From an uncultured Chloroflexia bacterium (lineage in GTDB: Bacteria > Chloroflexota > Limnocylindria > Limnocylindrales > CSP1-4), in contig CAVQJC010000001.1 in assembly GCA_963712745.1 (NCBI GenBank), forward strand, positions 352,001 through 416,000: a DNA stretch of 64,000 bases, written 5' to 3'. The translations under genes were made by a program, and so were the position numbers. The notes below the pieces were generated by a model. That model made no database searches. It was not told the origin of the DNA and was given only the letters and a program-made list of their open reading frames with translations. Position 1 is the first letter of the stretch; every line of letters starts with the position of its first letter. Positions 54,429 to 64,000 of the stretch are shown piece by piece.

Positions 54429-55498
54429 GATCGGACTCCAGTGCCTCGCTGCCGGACGTAGTTCGAGAGCAACACCGCCACCAGGAGGACGATACCCAGG
54501 ATGGCGAAGTACCAATCCGATGAGTAGCCGGCAAGCGGGATGCCCACTTTGGTCATGCCCAGGGTGAGAGCGCCGAAGAACGCTCCGATGGGTGAGCCGT
54601 AGCCGCCGGTCAGCAGCGTGCCACCGATGACCGAAGACGCGATCGCTTCCAGCTCCTTCTGCTCACCCCGCAGGACGTCTGCCGAGCCGAAGGTCAGGAC
54701 CTGGTTGACGCCCAGCAGGCAGGCCGAAGCCGCGGTGGCCATGAAGAGCGAGATCTTCACACCGCGGACCGGCACGCCCACATTCCGAGCAGCCGTCTGA
54801 TTGCCGCCGGTACCGAAGATCCAGTTCCCGAACGTCGTCTTGAAGAGGACCCAGGCCGCGATGACGGTGACGATCAGCCACCAGAATACGGCGGCCTTGA
54901 TACTGAAGTCACCTACCGCCAGGTCACCGGTGAAGAACGTGACGAGGAAGTCATCCGCGGTGAGCTCGCGCAGCCCGCCCACCTGGGTGCGACCGGTGAT
55001 GTACCGGGTGATGCCGATGGTCACGCCGCGTAACAGGAAGAGCATGCCCAGCGTCACGATGAACGATGGCAATCGCGTCCGCGTCACCAGCCATCCGTTG
55101 ATGAAGCCGACGAAGAGAGAGAAGGCGAACGCCACGATGATGGCCACGAAGGGTGCCAACTGGAATTCGGCGATACCCAGCGCCAGCACCATACCGGAGG
55201 CGCCGATCATCGAGCCCACCGAGAGATCGAACTCGCCGGCGATCATGAGCAAGCTGACGGCCGCCGCGAGGATGCCGACCTGTGCCGCGACGTCAAGCCA
55301 GTTGCTGATGCCACGAGGCGTCAGGAAGCCGTTGGCGAAGCATGCCTGCGGATCGCCCATGCATTCCCAGAGGGGCCAGGTGAACACCAGGATGGCGATG
55401 AGCGTGGTCAGCACAGCGCCTGTCTCGGGCCGGCTGAGCGCCGCCTGCCACCAGCTCCGTTTTCTGACTCGCTCGTCCTTCCGCTGAGCTTGCGTCAC
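54425..55498 (-). CDS. Sugar (inositol) ABC transporter permease
   Basis: [47 protein letters not shown]. Confidence 0.93.
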   Translation of the reverse strand: MTQAQRKDERVRKRSWWQAALSRPETGAVLTTLIAILVFTWPLWECMGDPQACFANGFLTPRGISNWLDVAAQVGILAAAVSLLMIAGEFDLSVGSMIGASGMVLALGIAEFQLAPFVAIIVAFAFSLFVGFINGWLVTRTRLPSFIVTLGMLFLLRGVTIGITRYITGRTQVGGLRELTADDFLVTFFTGDLAVGDFSIKAAVFWWLIVTVIAAWVLFKTTFGNWIFGTGGNQTAARNVGVPVRGVKISLFMATAASACLLGVNQVLTFGSADVLRGEQKELEAIASSVIGGTLLTGGYGSPIGAFFGALTLGMTKVGIPLAGYSSDWYFAILGIVLLVAVLLSNYVRQRGTGVRS

Positions 55499-55540
55499 GC
55501 TTCGGTCCTCCCTCTAAGGCCCGTGCCAGGGATGGTGGAA

Positions 55541-55576
55541 CAAAAACGGGGGGCGGGTCCAGCCCGCCCCCCGTTT
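55541..55576 (-). terminator. Rho-independent terminator-like hairpin after the substrate-binding protein gene
   Basis: AAACGGGGGGCGGG-5 nt-CCCGCCCCCCGTTT followed by further T residues on the minus strand. Confidence 0.8.
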
Positions 55577-55585
55577 ACAGGACTT

Positions 55586-56558
55586 CTAGCGGATGCCCTC
55601 GGCCGACAGGTCGATGACAGCCGCGGCATTCTCAGCGGTCACGAAGCCTGGGCCGGTGAGGATCGACACCACCGCCACCTGGGATCATGCCGCCGTAGCG
55701 GTTGTACAGGGTCAGCATCACCACCGGCAGGTAGCCCTGCAGGTACTGCTGCTGGTCGATGGCGAACAGCATGTTGCCATCGACGATGGCCTGCAAGGCG
55801 TTCGGCGACAGGTCGAACGTGGCCAGCTTGGTCTGTCCGAGGATGCCCAAGTCCTCGAAGGCGAGCAGTGCCGGATCCGCCCCGGTCGGGCCCAGAGTCA
55901 GGACGCCGTCGATGTCAGGGTTGGCGGTGAGAGCCGCCGAGATGGACGCCTGAGAACCCGCCGGGTCGGTCAGGTCCACCGCGAGTACCTCGGAGGTACC
56001 ACCAGCCTCGGCGAGCGCGTCAGCGAATCCCTGGCAACGCAGGTCGAGGGCAGTGTTGCCGACTTCCTGGTTGACACACAGACCCGTGGTCACGCCGGAT
56101 TCGGCCATACGCTTGCCGCCGCCCAGGCCGGCCACGTATTCGGTCTGGCCGACATGGGCCAGGATGCCGAGCGCCGCGTAGTCGTCAGAGCCCGAGTTCA
56201 TCGAGATGACCGGGATGCCGGCTGCTACAGCAGCCTCGATCGACGGGCCAAGCGCGTCGGCATCAGGCAGCGAAACGACGATGCCATCCGGGGCTGACGC
56301 CACGGCGGTATCGATCAGCTGTGCCATCGCTGGCATGTCGAACGTGGGCGGGGCGGTGTAGTTGACGGTTACGCCCATCGCCGCAGCTGCATCGATCACG
56401 CCGTTCTGCACGACCGACCAGAACGGGTCGGATGCCTGACCGTGGCTGACAACCTCGATGCGGATGTCATCCTGCGCCGCGACTCCGGCGGGCGCGACAG
56501 CCGCTCCGGCCAGCAGACCGATGCTGATGAGGCCGACAAGCCCCTTCTTGTATCGCAT
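55586..56558 (-). CDS. Sugar (inositol) ABC transporter substrate-binding protein; C-terminal frameshift
   Basis: Signal peptide; [47 protein letters not shown]. Confidence 0.9.
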
Positions 56559-56649
56559 CCTAGATCTCTCCTTACTGGCGGATGACTCCGCCGCTCTCCC
56601 TTGGGCAGTTGATCAAACCGTGGGTCGTCTCCTCGCGCTACCTCCTTCG

Positions 56650-57544
56650 CTAGTGCTCTCCATGCGTAAGGGATTCGAGATAGCGGACGCTCTTCTCTGC
56701 GTCACGCAGGGGTCCTTCACCTGGAGCAGGGTCCCGATCAAGCGAGACGTCCTGCTCGAGCACGTACCAGCCACTGTAGCCAGCGCCCTCGAGCACGTCG
56801 ATCACGCCAGCGATGTCCACATCCCCGTCGCCCACGGCGGTGAACATGCCATCGAGCGTAGCCTGCTTGAAGGTGGTCTCACCCGTGCGCACTCGTTCAG
56901 CCAGCGCACCATCGACATCCTTGAGATGGACGTGCACCACGCGCGATGCGGCCAGTCGTGCGATCGCGACCGGATCGGCGCCGGCGACGTAGAGATGACC
57001 CGTGTCAAGGCAGAGATCGACATCCGATGACTGGAGCAATCGCTCGACCTCCGGCTGTCCGGCGATGGCCATGCCCCAGTGTGGATGGAGGGCTGTGGTC
57101 AAGCCGTTGCTCGTCACGAGATCCTGCAAGCGGCGCAGGTTGATGAACAGTGTCTGCCACTCGGTCTCGTCCAGCTCGACGGGCGTGTCATAGCCGTCCA
57201 GATGGGAGCTCGGGCCAAGCACCAGCACCTTCGCCCCCGTCGCGGCCAGCTGGCGAGAGGCCCGATCGACATAGTCCAGGCCCGCCTCGAAGCGGTCCTG
57301 GCGGTAAAGCACGGCAGGTACGAAGCCTCCCACGACCCGCATCCTATAGCGCGCCACGTACGCACGCAGCTCGTCGGGGTCAGCTGGGAGATAGCCATCG
57401 GGGCCGATCTTCCGTCGCCGACAGGCCGACTTGGGCCATCTCAGCCATGACGCGATCGCGGTCCATCAGGTGTCCCCACCCGGGCGATCCGTCCACGCCC
57501 CAGGTGATGGGGGCGCCAGCGATCCGGCCGCCTAGATCACCCAT
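56650..57544 (-). CDS. iolE: Inosose dehydratase-like TIM-barrel protein; frameshift near 57410
   Basis: RIAGAPITWGV, GPDGYLP, LHPHWG, LCLDTGH, HVHLKDV, GWYVLEQD. Confidence 0.75.
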
Positions 57545-57569
57545 GCTCGAGTCCTCCGTTGACCATGAG

Positions 57570-57619
57570 TGGAACGTTCCAACCGAGCCACCGTATACTT
57601 GCCCGGAGATCGCTGTCAA
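57570..57619. promoter_or_regulatory. LacI-type operator TGGAACGTTCCA with divergent sigma70-like promoter elements
   Basis: Perfect 12-bp palindrome with central CG at 57570-57581; TATACT (+) at 57594-57599; TTGACA (-) at 57614-57619. Confidence 0.7.
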
Positions 57620-57681
57620 CCGATGTTGGAAATGCCTGGGCAGCGTGCTGACCGCAACGGCGACGCACGATGGGAGGGTGG

Positions 57682-58875
57682 ATGGCAAGATCGATCGGTA
57701 TCGGCGTCATCGGCCTCGGCTGGATGGGCCAGGCGCATTCGCGGTCCTATCGAAGTATCCCAGCGTATTTTCCCGAGGCTGGCATCACGCCGCGACTGGT
57801 CGCCATCGCGGACAACCTGCCTGAGCGCGTCGAACTGGCAAAGGCCAAGTACGGCTACGAGTTCGGAACGACGGACTGGCGTGAGTTGATCGAGCGTGAC
57901 GACATCGATGTCATCGACATCACCGCGCCGAACGCGCTGCACCAGGAACTCGCCGAGGCTGCGGCCGCAGCCGGCAAGCACATCTTCTGTGAGAAGCCGG
58001 TCGGCATCGATCCGGCGGCCACGGCCGCCATCGAGGCGGCTGCCCGCCAGGCCGGTGTCATCACCGGGTGCGGCTATAACTACCGCTGGGCGCCACTCGT
58101 GCAGTACACCCGAGGTCTCATCGAGCAAGGCCGCTTTGGCGACCTGACGCACTATCGAGGCCGCTTCTTCTCGATGTACGGCCGAGACCGCCTGGGCCTG
58201 CTGTCGTGGCGCTACCTGCAGGCGGAGGCCGGCTACGGTGCGCTGAGCGACATCATGTCGCACACCATCGATATGGCCCAGCATCTGTGTGGGCCGATCG
58301 CCCGCGTCGTCTCTGTCAAGGACACGTTCGTGAAGGAACGCCCGCTGCCAAGGCCCGGCGCCGCCACCCACTACGAACGAGGCAAGCCTGACGATCCCAC
58401 TGGGGCAGTGACCAACGAGGACTACGTCGGAGCCCTCGTCGAGTTCGCCAGCGGCGTACGCGGAACGCTGGAAGCAGATCGATCGATCTTCGGACCGCAA
58501 AGCTCCATCGCCTACGAGCTCAACGGGTCGAAGGGCGCTGCCTCCTGGGACCATGAGAAGCTCAACCAGCTCCAGCTGTACCTGCCCGAAGAACAGCCCG
58601 TCGACGGCTTCATCGAGGTGCTGGCGGGCGACGCTTTTCCGCACCATGGGAACTTCGTGCCCGGAGGTGGCAATTCCATCGGCTACGAGGACTTGAAGGT
58701 CATCGAGGCCATGGAATTCCTCAAGGCCGTCGCGGCCGAGCGGCCTTTCGCTCCCGACTTCGGCGACGCGGTGGCCAACGCATCCGTCGCGGCCACGATG
58801 ATCAGGTCGTGGCAGTCGGAGCGCTGGGAAGCGGTGGTCAGCCTACGAGTCGATGATGGTCCATCGAGTGCTTGA
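57682..58875 (+). CDS. Gfo/Idh/MocA oxidoreductase (scyllo-inositol/IolY- or levoglucosan dehydrogenase-like clade)
   Basis: IGLGWMG, TTDWRELI, HIFCEKP, GYNYR, DIMSHTID, IGYEDLKVIE. Confidence 0.85.
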   Translation: MARSIGIGVIGLGWMGQAHSRSYRSIPAYFPEAGITPRLVAIADNLPERVELAKAKYGYEFGTTDWRELIERDDIDVIDITAPNALHQELAEAAAAAGKHIFCEKPVGIDPAATAAIEAAARQAGVITGCGYNYRWAPLVQYTRGLIEQGRFGDLTHYRGRFFSMYGRDRLGLLSWRYLQAEAGYGALSDIMSHTIDMAQHLCGPIARVVSVKDTFVKERPLPRPGAATHYERGKPDDPTGAVTNEDYVGALVEFASGVRGTLEADRSIFGPQSSIAYELNGSKGAASWDHEKLNQLQLYLPEEQPVDGFIEVLAGDAFPHHGNFVPGGGNSIGYEDLKVIEAMEFLKAVAAERPFAPDFGDAVANASVAATMIRSWQSERWEAVVSLRVDDGPSSA

Positions 58876-59638
58876 GAACCGGACCAAGGCGAGACTGGCC
58901 GCCGGTGAGGCCGTTTTCGGTTGTTTCGTGCGCTACGCAGACCCGGCGTTCACGGAGTTCGCTGCCATGCAGGGCTGGGACTTCCTTGTCTTCGATGCCG
59001 AGCACGGCACGCTCGAACCACGTGATGTGGAGGGGCTGTGTCGCGCCGCTGAGCTGCGCGGCGTAACGCCCATCACCCGCGTGACCACGAATCAGGCCCA
59101 CCAGATCCTACGTTTCCTCGATACCGGCGTACACGGGTTGCATGTGCCCTGGGTCGATACCGCGGCCGCCGCAGAGCAAGCCGTCAAGTCGGTCAAATAC
59201 GAGCCACGCGGGCAGCGAGGACTGGCAGGCAGCCGCGCATCTGACTGGGGTATGTACGAATCGATCGCAACGTACACAGAGCGCGCCAACCGGGAGACGC
59301 TGGTGGTGATCCAGATCGAGACCCCCGGCGCGGTCGACGCCATCGAGGAATACGTCGCCCTCGATGGCATCGATGTCCTCTTCATCGGACCCACCGACCT
59401 GTCGCATTCCCTCGGCCATCCGGGCGACCTGTCACACCCCGAGGTCGTCAAAGCGATGGACCGGGTCGCCGAGGTCGTGGTCCGCTCGAACAAGGCGCTG
59501 GGCATCTACGCGGCGGTGCCAGGTGCGGCCAGGACGTGGCTTGACAAGGGAGCTCGTTACATCACCACCGGCACCGATGGATTCATCAAATCGGGCATGC
59601 AGGACTACCTCGCCCAGGTACGTGACCGAAGGAGCTGA
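58868..59638 (+). CDS. HpcH/HpaI family aldolase
   Basis: DFLVFDAEHG, RFLDTG, GQRG, IQIET, FIGPTDLS. Confidence 0.9.
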   Translation: MLENRTKARLAAGEAVFGCFVRYADPAFTEFAAMQGWDFLVFDAEHGTLEPRDVEGLCRAAELRGVTPITRVTTNQAHQILRFLDTGVHGLHVPWVDTAAAAEQAVKSVKYEPRGQRGLAGSRASDWGMYESIATYTERANRETLVVIQIETPGAVDAIEEYVALDGIDVLFIGPTDLSHSLGHPGDLSHPEVVKAMDRVAEVVVRSNKALGIYAAVPGAARTWLDKGARYITTGTDGFIKSGMQDYLAQVRDRRS

Positions 59639-59640
59639 GC

Positions 59641-61485
59641 ATGGACACCATCCGACTGACCACGGCGCAGGCGATCGTCAGATGGTTGCTGGCTCAGCGG
59701 ACCGTCGTGGATGGGGTGGAGCTTGCGTTGTTCGCCGGGGCGTTCGGCATCTTCGGCCATGGCAACGTCACCAGCCTGGCCGAAGCGCTCGAGCCGGTTC
59801 AGGACGAACTGCCCACGTGGCGGGGCCAAAACGAGCAAGGCATGGCCCTGGCCGCCGTAGCCTATGCCAAGGCGATGCGAGGGCAGCGGATCATGATCGC
59901 GACCTCATCCATCGGCCCTGGTAGCACGAACATGGTCACCGCCGCTGCGGTCGCTCACGCCGATCGTCTGCCGCTGCTGCTGCTCTCCGGTGACACTTTC
60001 CAGCACCGCATCGTCGACCCCGTGTTGCAGCAGGTCGAAAGGTTCGATGATCCGACCGTGACGGTCTGCGACACATTCAGGCCGGTGACGCGCTACTGGG
60101 ACCGCATCAGCCGGCCCGAGCAGATCGTGCAGTCGCTCCCCCAGGCGGTGGCGGTGATGCTGGATCCGGCGACGCGGGGACCGGCCTTCTTCGCCTTGCC
60201 GCAAGACATCCAGGCCGAGGCATACGACTACCCGGCCACGTTCTTCGAGCCGGTCGTCCACTACATCCGTCGACCCGGGCCCGATCCGCGAGATGTCGAG
60301 GCGGCTGCAGCGATGCTTTCGTCGGCGTCCAAGCCGCTCATCATCGCTGGCGGCGGCGTGCACTACTCGGATGCCGTGGCGACCCTCACCGACTTCGCGG
60401 AACGCCACGGCATCCCCGTGGTCGAGACGGTGGCAGGCAAGGCCACGCTGGTCCACGACCATCCCAACTATGCCGGTCCCATCGGCGTGACTGGATCGAC
60501 GGCGGCCAACGCATTGGCCCAGGATGCCGATGTGGTGCTCGCGGTGGGTACCCGTCTGCAGGATTTCACCACCGGTTCCTGGTCGGTGTTCCGCAATCCC
60601 GATCTGCGCTTGATCGCCATCAACACCACTCGTTGGGACGCGCACAAGCAGATGGCCCAACCCGTGATCGGTGATGCCAGGGTCTCGCTCGAGGCGCTCG
60701 ATGACGCGGCCCGTGAGTACAGCGCGCCTTCCGATTGGTTGGTCTTCGCGCAGCGCCAGATCGCTGCGTGGCACGACTATCTCGATACCTGGAAGACGGC
60801 GCCGGGCGATGGTGCCCCAGCCTACGCTAACGTCATCGCGGTCATCAACGAGCTGTGTGACGACGACGACTACTGCCTGTCCGCGGCGGGTGGCTTGCCC
60901 GGCGAGCTAAGCATGGGCTGGCGTGCGAAGTCGATCCACTCCTTCGACTCCGAGTACGGCTACTCCACGATGGGCTATGAGGTCGCCGGCGCCTGGGGCG
61001 CCAAGATGGCTCGAGGTCGAGGTGATGTCATCTGCTGGGTCGGTGACGGCTCGTACCTGATGATGAACTCGGACGTCTACTCGACGGTCCTGACCGGTCA
61101 CAAGGTCATCTTCATGGTCCTTGACAACGGTGGCTTCGCCGTGATCAACCGCCTCCAGGTCAATACCGGAGGGGCCGAGTTCAACAACCTGCTGCGTTCT
61201 AGCCGCCACACCGACTACTTCCAGGTCGATTTCGTCAAGCACATCGAATCGATGGGTGCCATCGCCGAGAAGGTGGCGCACATCGAGGACCTACCGGCTG
61301 CCTGGCGTCGCGCCAAGGCGGCTGACCGCAGCTACGCCATCGTGCTGGACATCGATCAGTACACCTGGACCGAGGGTGGCGCCTGGTGGGAGGTTGGCGT
61401 TCCCGAGGTCAGCGAGCGCGGCGAGGTAAGAGCAGCCCGTGCTGCGTGGGAGGCTGCCAAGAAGCATCAGCGGGTCGGCGTGTGA
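59641..61485 (+). CDS. iolD: 3D-(3,5/4)-trihydroxycyclohexane-1,2-dione hydrolase
   Basis: TIRLTTAQA, GIFGHGNV, GQNEQGMA, SSIGPG, GTRLQDFTTGS, EYGYSTMGYE, GDGSYLMMNS, WWEVGVPEVS. Confidence 0.95.
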   Translation: MDTIRLTTAQAIVRWLLAQRTVVDGVELALFAGAFGIFGHGNVTSLAEALEPVQDELPTWRGQNEQGMALAAVAYAKAMRGQRIMIATSSIGPGSTNMVTAAAVAHADRLPLLLLSGDTFQHRIVDPVLQQVERFDDPTVTVCDTFRPVTRYWDRISRPEQIVQSLPQAVAVMLDPATRGPAFFALPQDIQAEAYDYPATFFEPVVHYIRRPGPDPRDVEAAAAMLSSASKPLIIAGGGVHYSDAVATLTDFAERHGIPVVETVAGKATLVHDHPNYAGPIGVTGSTAANALAQDADVVLAVGTRLQDFTTGSWSVFRNPDLRLIAINTTRWDAHKQMAQPVIGDARVSLEALDDAAREYSAPSDWLVFAQRQIAAWHDYLDTWKTAPGDGAPAYANVIAVINELCDDDDYCLSAAGGLPGELSMGWRAKSIHSFDSEYGYSTMGYEVAGAWGAKMARGRGDVICWVGDGSYLMMNSDVYSTVLTGHKVIFMVLDNGGFAVINRLQVNTGGAEFNNLLRSSRHTDYFQVDFVKHIESMGAIAEKVAHIEDLPAAWRRAKAADRSYAIVLDIDQYTWTEGGAWWEVGVPEVSERGEVRAARAAWEAAKKHQRVGV

Positions 61486-61531
61486 TCGTGGCCGCGAGGG
61501 TGCTTGCACCGCCTGCGTGTGTGGGCGCCGC

Positions 61532-62338
61532 ATGACCAGCGAGGCTGGCAAGGTCGCGATCGTCACTGGCGGCGCGTCGCTCATCGGATTGGCTATCGCT
61601 GGCCGGCTGGTCCGAGCCGGCGTGCGCGTCGTGCTCGGAGATGTGGATGCATCGGCTCGTGACGAAGTCCAGCGCGTCCTTGACGGGAAGGGTGAGTTTC
61701 TCTGCGGCGACGTCTCCGACGACGCCTTCCTGGATCTCCTCGTGGCGGCGGCCGTCGAGGGACTGGGCAGGCTCGACCACGTCATCACCGCACCGGCCAT
61801 CTTCGACGACGACGGCTACCAGACGTCCTGGGAGCTGTGGCACAAGGCACTGGATATCAACACGCTGGCGGCTGCGCGTTTGACCGGCAAGGCCGCCCCG
61901 CACCTGCCCAGCGGGTCTTCGGTCGTCTACGTGGCTTCGGTCTCGGGTAGCACAGCACAGCCCGATCGAATGGTTTACAACGTCACCAAGGCAGCGCTGC
62001 TGATGCTGGCCAGGAGTGGCGCTCAGGCCCTGGCAGGCGATGGCATCCGGGTAAACGCAGTCTCGCCGGGGTGGACCTGGAGCCGAAACATCGAGCGCCG
62101 CTACGGCTCCCGTGAGAAGGCTGATGCCTTCGCTGCCGAATTCCAGCCGCTGGGGCGCATGGCCGACCCAAGCGAGGTTGCGGACGCGGTGATGTTCCTC
62201 ATCTCCGCTCAGGCCTCGTTCATCACCGGGACCAACCTCGCGGTGGATGGCGGATACGGGGCGATCGGTCCCGAGGCGCTCGGCCAGGCGCAGCGGAAGC
62301 ATCGACCCACCCCGCCGGACGAGACGCGCTCGCCATGA
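61532..62338 (+). CDS. SDR family oxidoreductase (resembles cyclic-alcohol dehydrogenase-like SDRs)
   Basis: GKVAIVTGGASLIG, YNVTK, RVNAVSPGWTWS, VDGGY. Confidence 0.88.
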   Translation: MTSEAGKVAIVTGGASLIGLAIAGRLVRAGVRVVLGDVDASARDEVQRVLDGKGEFLCGDVSDDAFLDLLVAAAVEGLGRLDHVITAPAIFDDDGYQTSWELWHKALDINTLAAARLTGKAAPHLPSGSSVVYVASVSGSTAQPDRMVYNVTKAALLMLARSGAQALAGDGIRVNAVSPGWTWSRNIERRYGSREKADAFAAEFQPLGRMADPSEVADAVMFLISAQASFITGTNLAVDGGYGAIGPEALGQAQRKHRPTPPDETRSP

Positions 62339-63333
62339 GCTACGACCTGATCACCGTCGGTCGCGTGACGATGGACCTCCATGCCCAGAACATCGGCGCA
62401 CCCTTCGAAGAGATCACCGGCTTCGACACCATGGTCGGCGGCAGCCCTACCAACATCGCCATCGGCTCGGCTCGGCTGGGACTGCGGCCGATCGCGTTCA
62501 CCGGGGTGGGCGATGACCTGGTCGGGGACTACGTCCTGCGCTACCTGCGCGATGCCGGTGTAGAGACTGCACACGTGATGCGCAAGGTGGGCAAGCGGAC
62601 CTCGCTGGCGATGGTTGCGGTCCAGCCGCCTGACCGATTTCCGTTGTCTTTCTACCGCGAGGACCCCGCGGACATCTACCTGACCGTCGAGGATGTCGCC
62701 TACTTGCCATTCGACGATGTGCCGGCCGTCCTGCTCTCAGGCAACGCCTTCAGCCGGGGCACCTGCGTCGATGCCGCACGCGAGTGTGCCGAGCTCGCGA
62801 ACCGCGATGACATCACCACGTACATGGACCTGGACCTACGGCCGACCGAGTGGTCAGACCCACTTGCCTACGGACGCACGCTGCGCTCGATCCTGCCGCT
62901 CGTCGATGTCGTCATGGGGACCGAAGAAGAGTTCTACGCGGCCCTCGCATCCGACCCGGTCGCGTTGATCGCGCGGGAGGCGATCGATCAGCCTGGTCAA
63001 GATGTCCTCGAGGAGCTGCTCGATGGGCTCGCCGGCGATGGCGCCGTCGAGACCATCGTCCTGAAACGGGGCTCACGTGGTGCGACAGTCATCACCGCGA
63101 GGGGGCGCGAGGACGTGCCTGGCTTCGAGGTCGCTACGGTCAATACGGTGGGCGCCGGCGACGCCTTCGCAGCGGGCTTCATGCGCAGCCGGCTGCTTGG
63201 CTGGGATCGGTACCGCGCGACTCGGTTTGCCAACGCCTGCGGAGCCATCCAGGTCACCCGCCATGGTTGCTCGTCCGCATTCCCGACCGAGGCGGAGGTC
63301 CTGGACTTCATCGAGAGCCATGGAGGACTGTGA
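62335..63333 (+). CDS. iolC: 5-dehydro-2-deoxygluconokinase (PfkB family)
   Basis: DLITVGRVTMDL, GGSPTNIAIGSARLG, PPDRFPLSFYRE, DLDLRP, GAGDAFAAGF, HGCSSAFPT. Confidence 0.92.
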   Translation: MSYDLITVGRVTMDLHAQNIGAPFEEITGFDTMVGGSPTNIAIGSARLGLRPIAFTGVGDDLVGDYVLRYLRDAGVETAHVMRKVGKRTSLAMVAVQPPDRFPLSFYREDPADIYLTVEDVAYLPFDDVPAVLLSGNAFSRGTCVDAARECAELANRDDITTYMDLDLRPTEWSDPLAYGRTLRSILPLVDVVMGTEEEFYAALASDPVALIAREAIDQPGQDVLEELLDGLAGDGAVETIVLKRGSRGATVITARGREDVPGFEVATVNTVGAGDAFAAGFMRSRLLGWDRYRATRFANACGAIQVTRHGCSSAFPTEAEVLDFIESHGGL

Positions 63334-64000
63334 TGCCCGAACATCAGCTGCGGTCGGTGCCGGGAGCCAGAACCGCCGTCAAGGTTGACCCGGCCAGCGC
63401 TGGCTGGACCAGCCTCGACTTCTCCGTGCTTGGGTTGGACGGGCCGGATGGCCACACCATCGAGACCGGAGAGCGCGAAGTGGCCATCGTGCCGCTGGAG
63501 GGGGCCGTCCGGGCCACGATCGCGGAACAGGAGTTCAGCCTGCGCCGGACAAGCGTCTTCAGCGAGATGCCGCAGGTCCTCTATCTCCCGCCCGGGCAGA
63601 CCGTTCGACTCGAGGCGGACGGGCGCGCAGAGGTCGCCGTCGGCGGTGCACCCGCGCAGGGGCGCTATCCGGTACGCCTGTTCGCACCGACCGAGATGCA
63701 CTCCGAGATCCGCGGCGGAGGCGGCGCTACGCGACAGGTCAACCACATCCTCGCGCACCCGCTGCCCGCGGAACGGCTCATCCTGTACGAGGTCTACGTC
63801 CCCCGGGGAGGCTGGTCGGGCTGGCCGCCCCACTGCCACGACGGCTACGAAGGCTCGCCCTACCTCGAGGAGACCTACTACTTCCGGTTCTCCCCTGCTG
63901 ACGGCTGGGGAATCCACCGCAACTACCGTGTGGATATGGACTTCGATGAGACCTTTGCGGTGCGCGACCGCGAAGTCGTCTGCGTCACCAGGGGCTTCCA
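63333..64000 (+). CDS. iolB: 5-deoxy-glucuronate isomerase (3'-truncated; frameshift near start)
   Basis: AGWTSLDF, RGGGGATRQVNHI, EVYVPRGGWSGWPPHCHD, LEETYYFRF. Confidence 0.9.
   Translation, partial: MPEHQLRSVPGARTAVKVDPASAGWTSLDFSVLGLDGPDGHTIETGEREVAIVPLEGAVRATIAEQEFSLRRTSVFSEMPQVLYLPPGQTVRLEADGRAEVAVGGAPAQGRYPVRLFAPTEMHSEIRGGGGATRQVNHILAHPLPAERLILYEVYVPRGGWSGWPPHCHDGYEGSPYLEETYYFRFSPADGWGIHRNYRVDMDFDETFAVRDREVVCVTRGF

Overview
High-GC bacterial chromosomal window, most consistent with a Chloroflexota (Limnocylindria-like) or similar soil/sediment lineage (inference from gene style only). Dozens of genes, including glnS, trpC and aroE, are broken by single-base indels. This looks like an unpolished long-read assembly, so gene ends are approximate and frameshifts are treated as sequencing errors. 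Gene order: phnE; dGTPase and 5'(3')-deoxyribonucleotidase; pirin; PhzF; Mo-oxidoreductase and MOSC; a Cys-rich microprotein; DUF368; 5'-nucleotidase; glnS; lipoprotein RNase with barstar; a redox module (secreted DOMON/EB_dh heme protein, Tat-Rieske, cytochrome b-c fusion) divergent from a two-component system, with four 11-bp-phased repeats in its promoter; a 3.2-kb islet (GNAT + DegT) bounded by a copy of the 3' end of tRNA-Arg(GCG); tRNA-Ser(GCT); aroE; HAL2-type phosphatase; a trp operon with a TrpF-TrpB (probably TrpC-TrpF-TrpB) fusion; dehydrogenases; an ABC-2 exporter; thioredoxin; HipA-like kinase with DUF3037; GH15 and kduD; an AsnB-like ligase; GCS2 with an M20 amidohydrolase; and a large inositol catabolic cluster that unexpectedly includes an N,N-dimethylformamidase large-subunit homologue and an HpcH aldolase. 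No rRNA, CRISPR array, transposase or integrase was seen.
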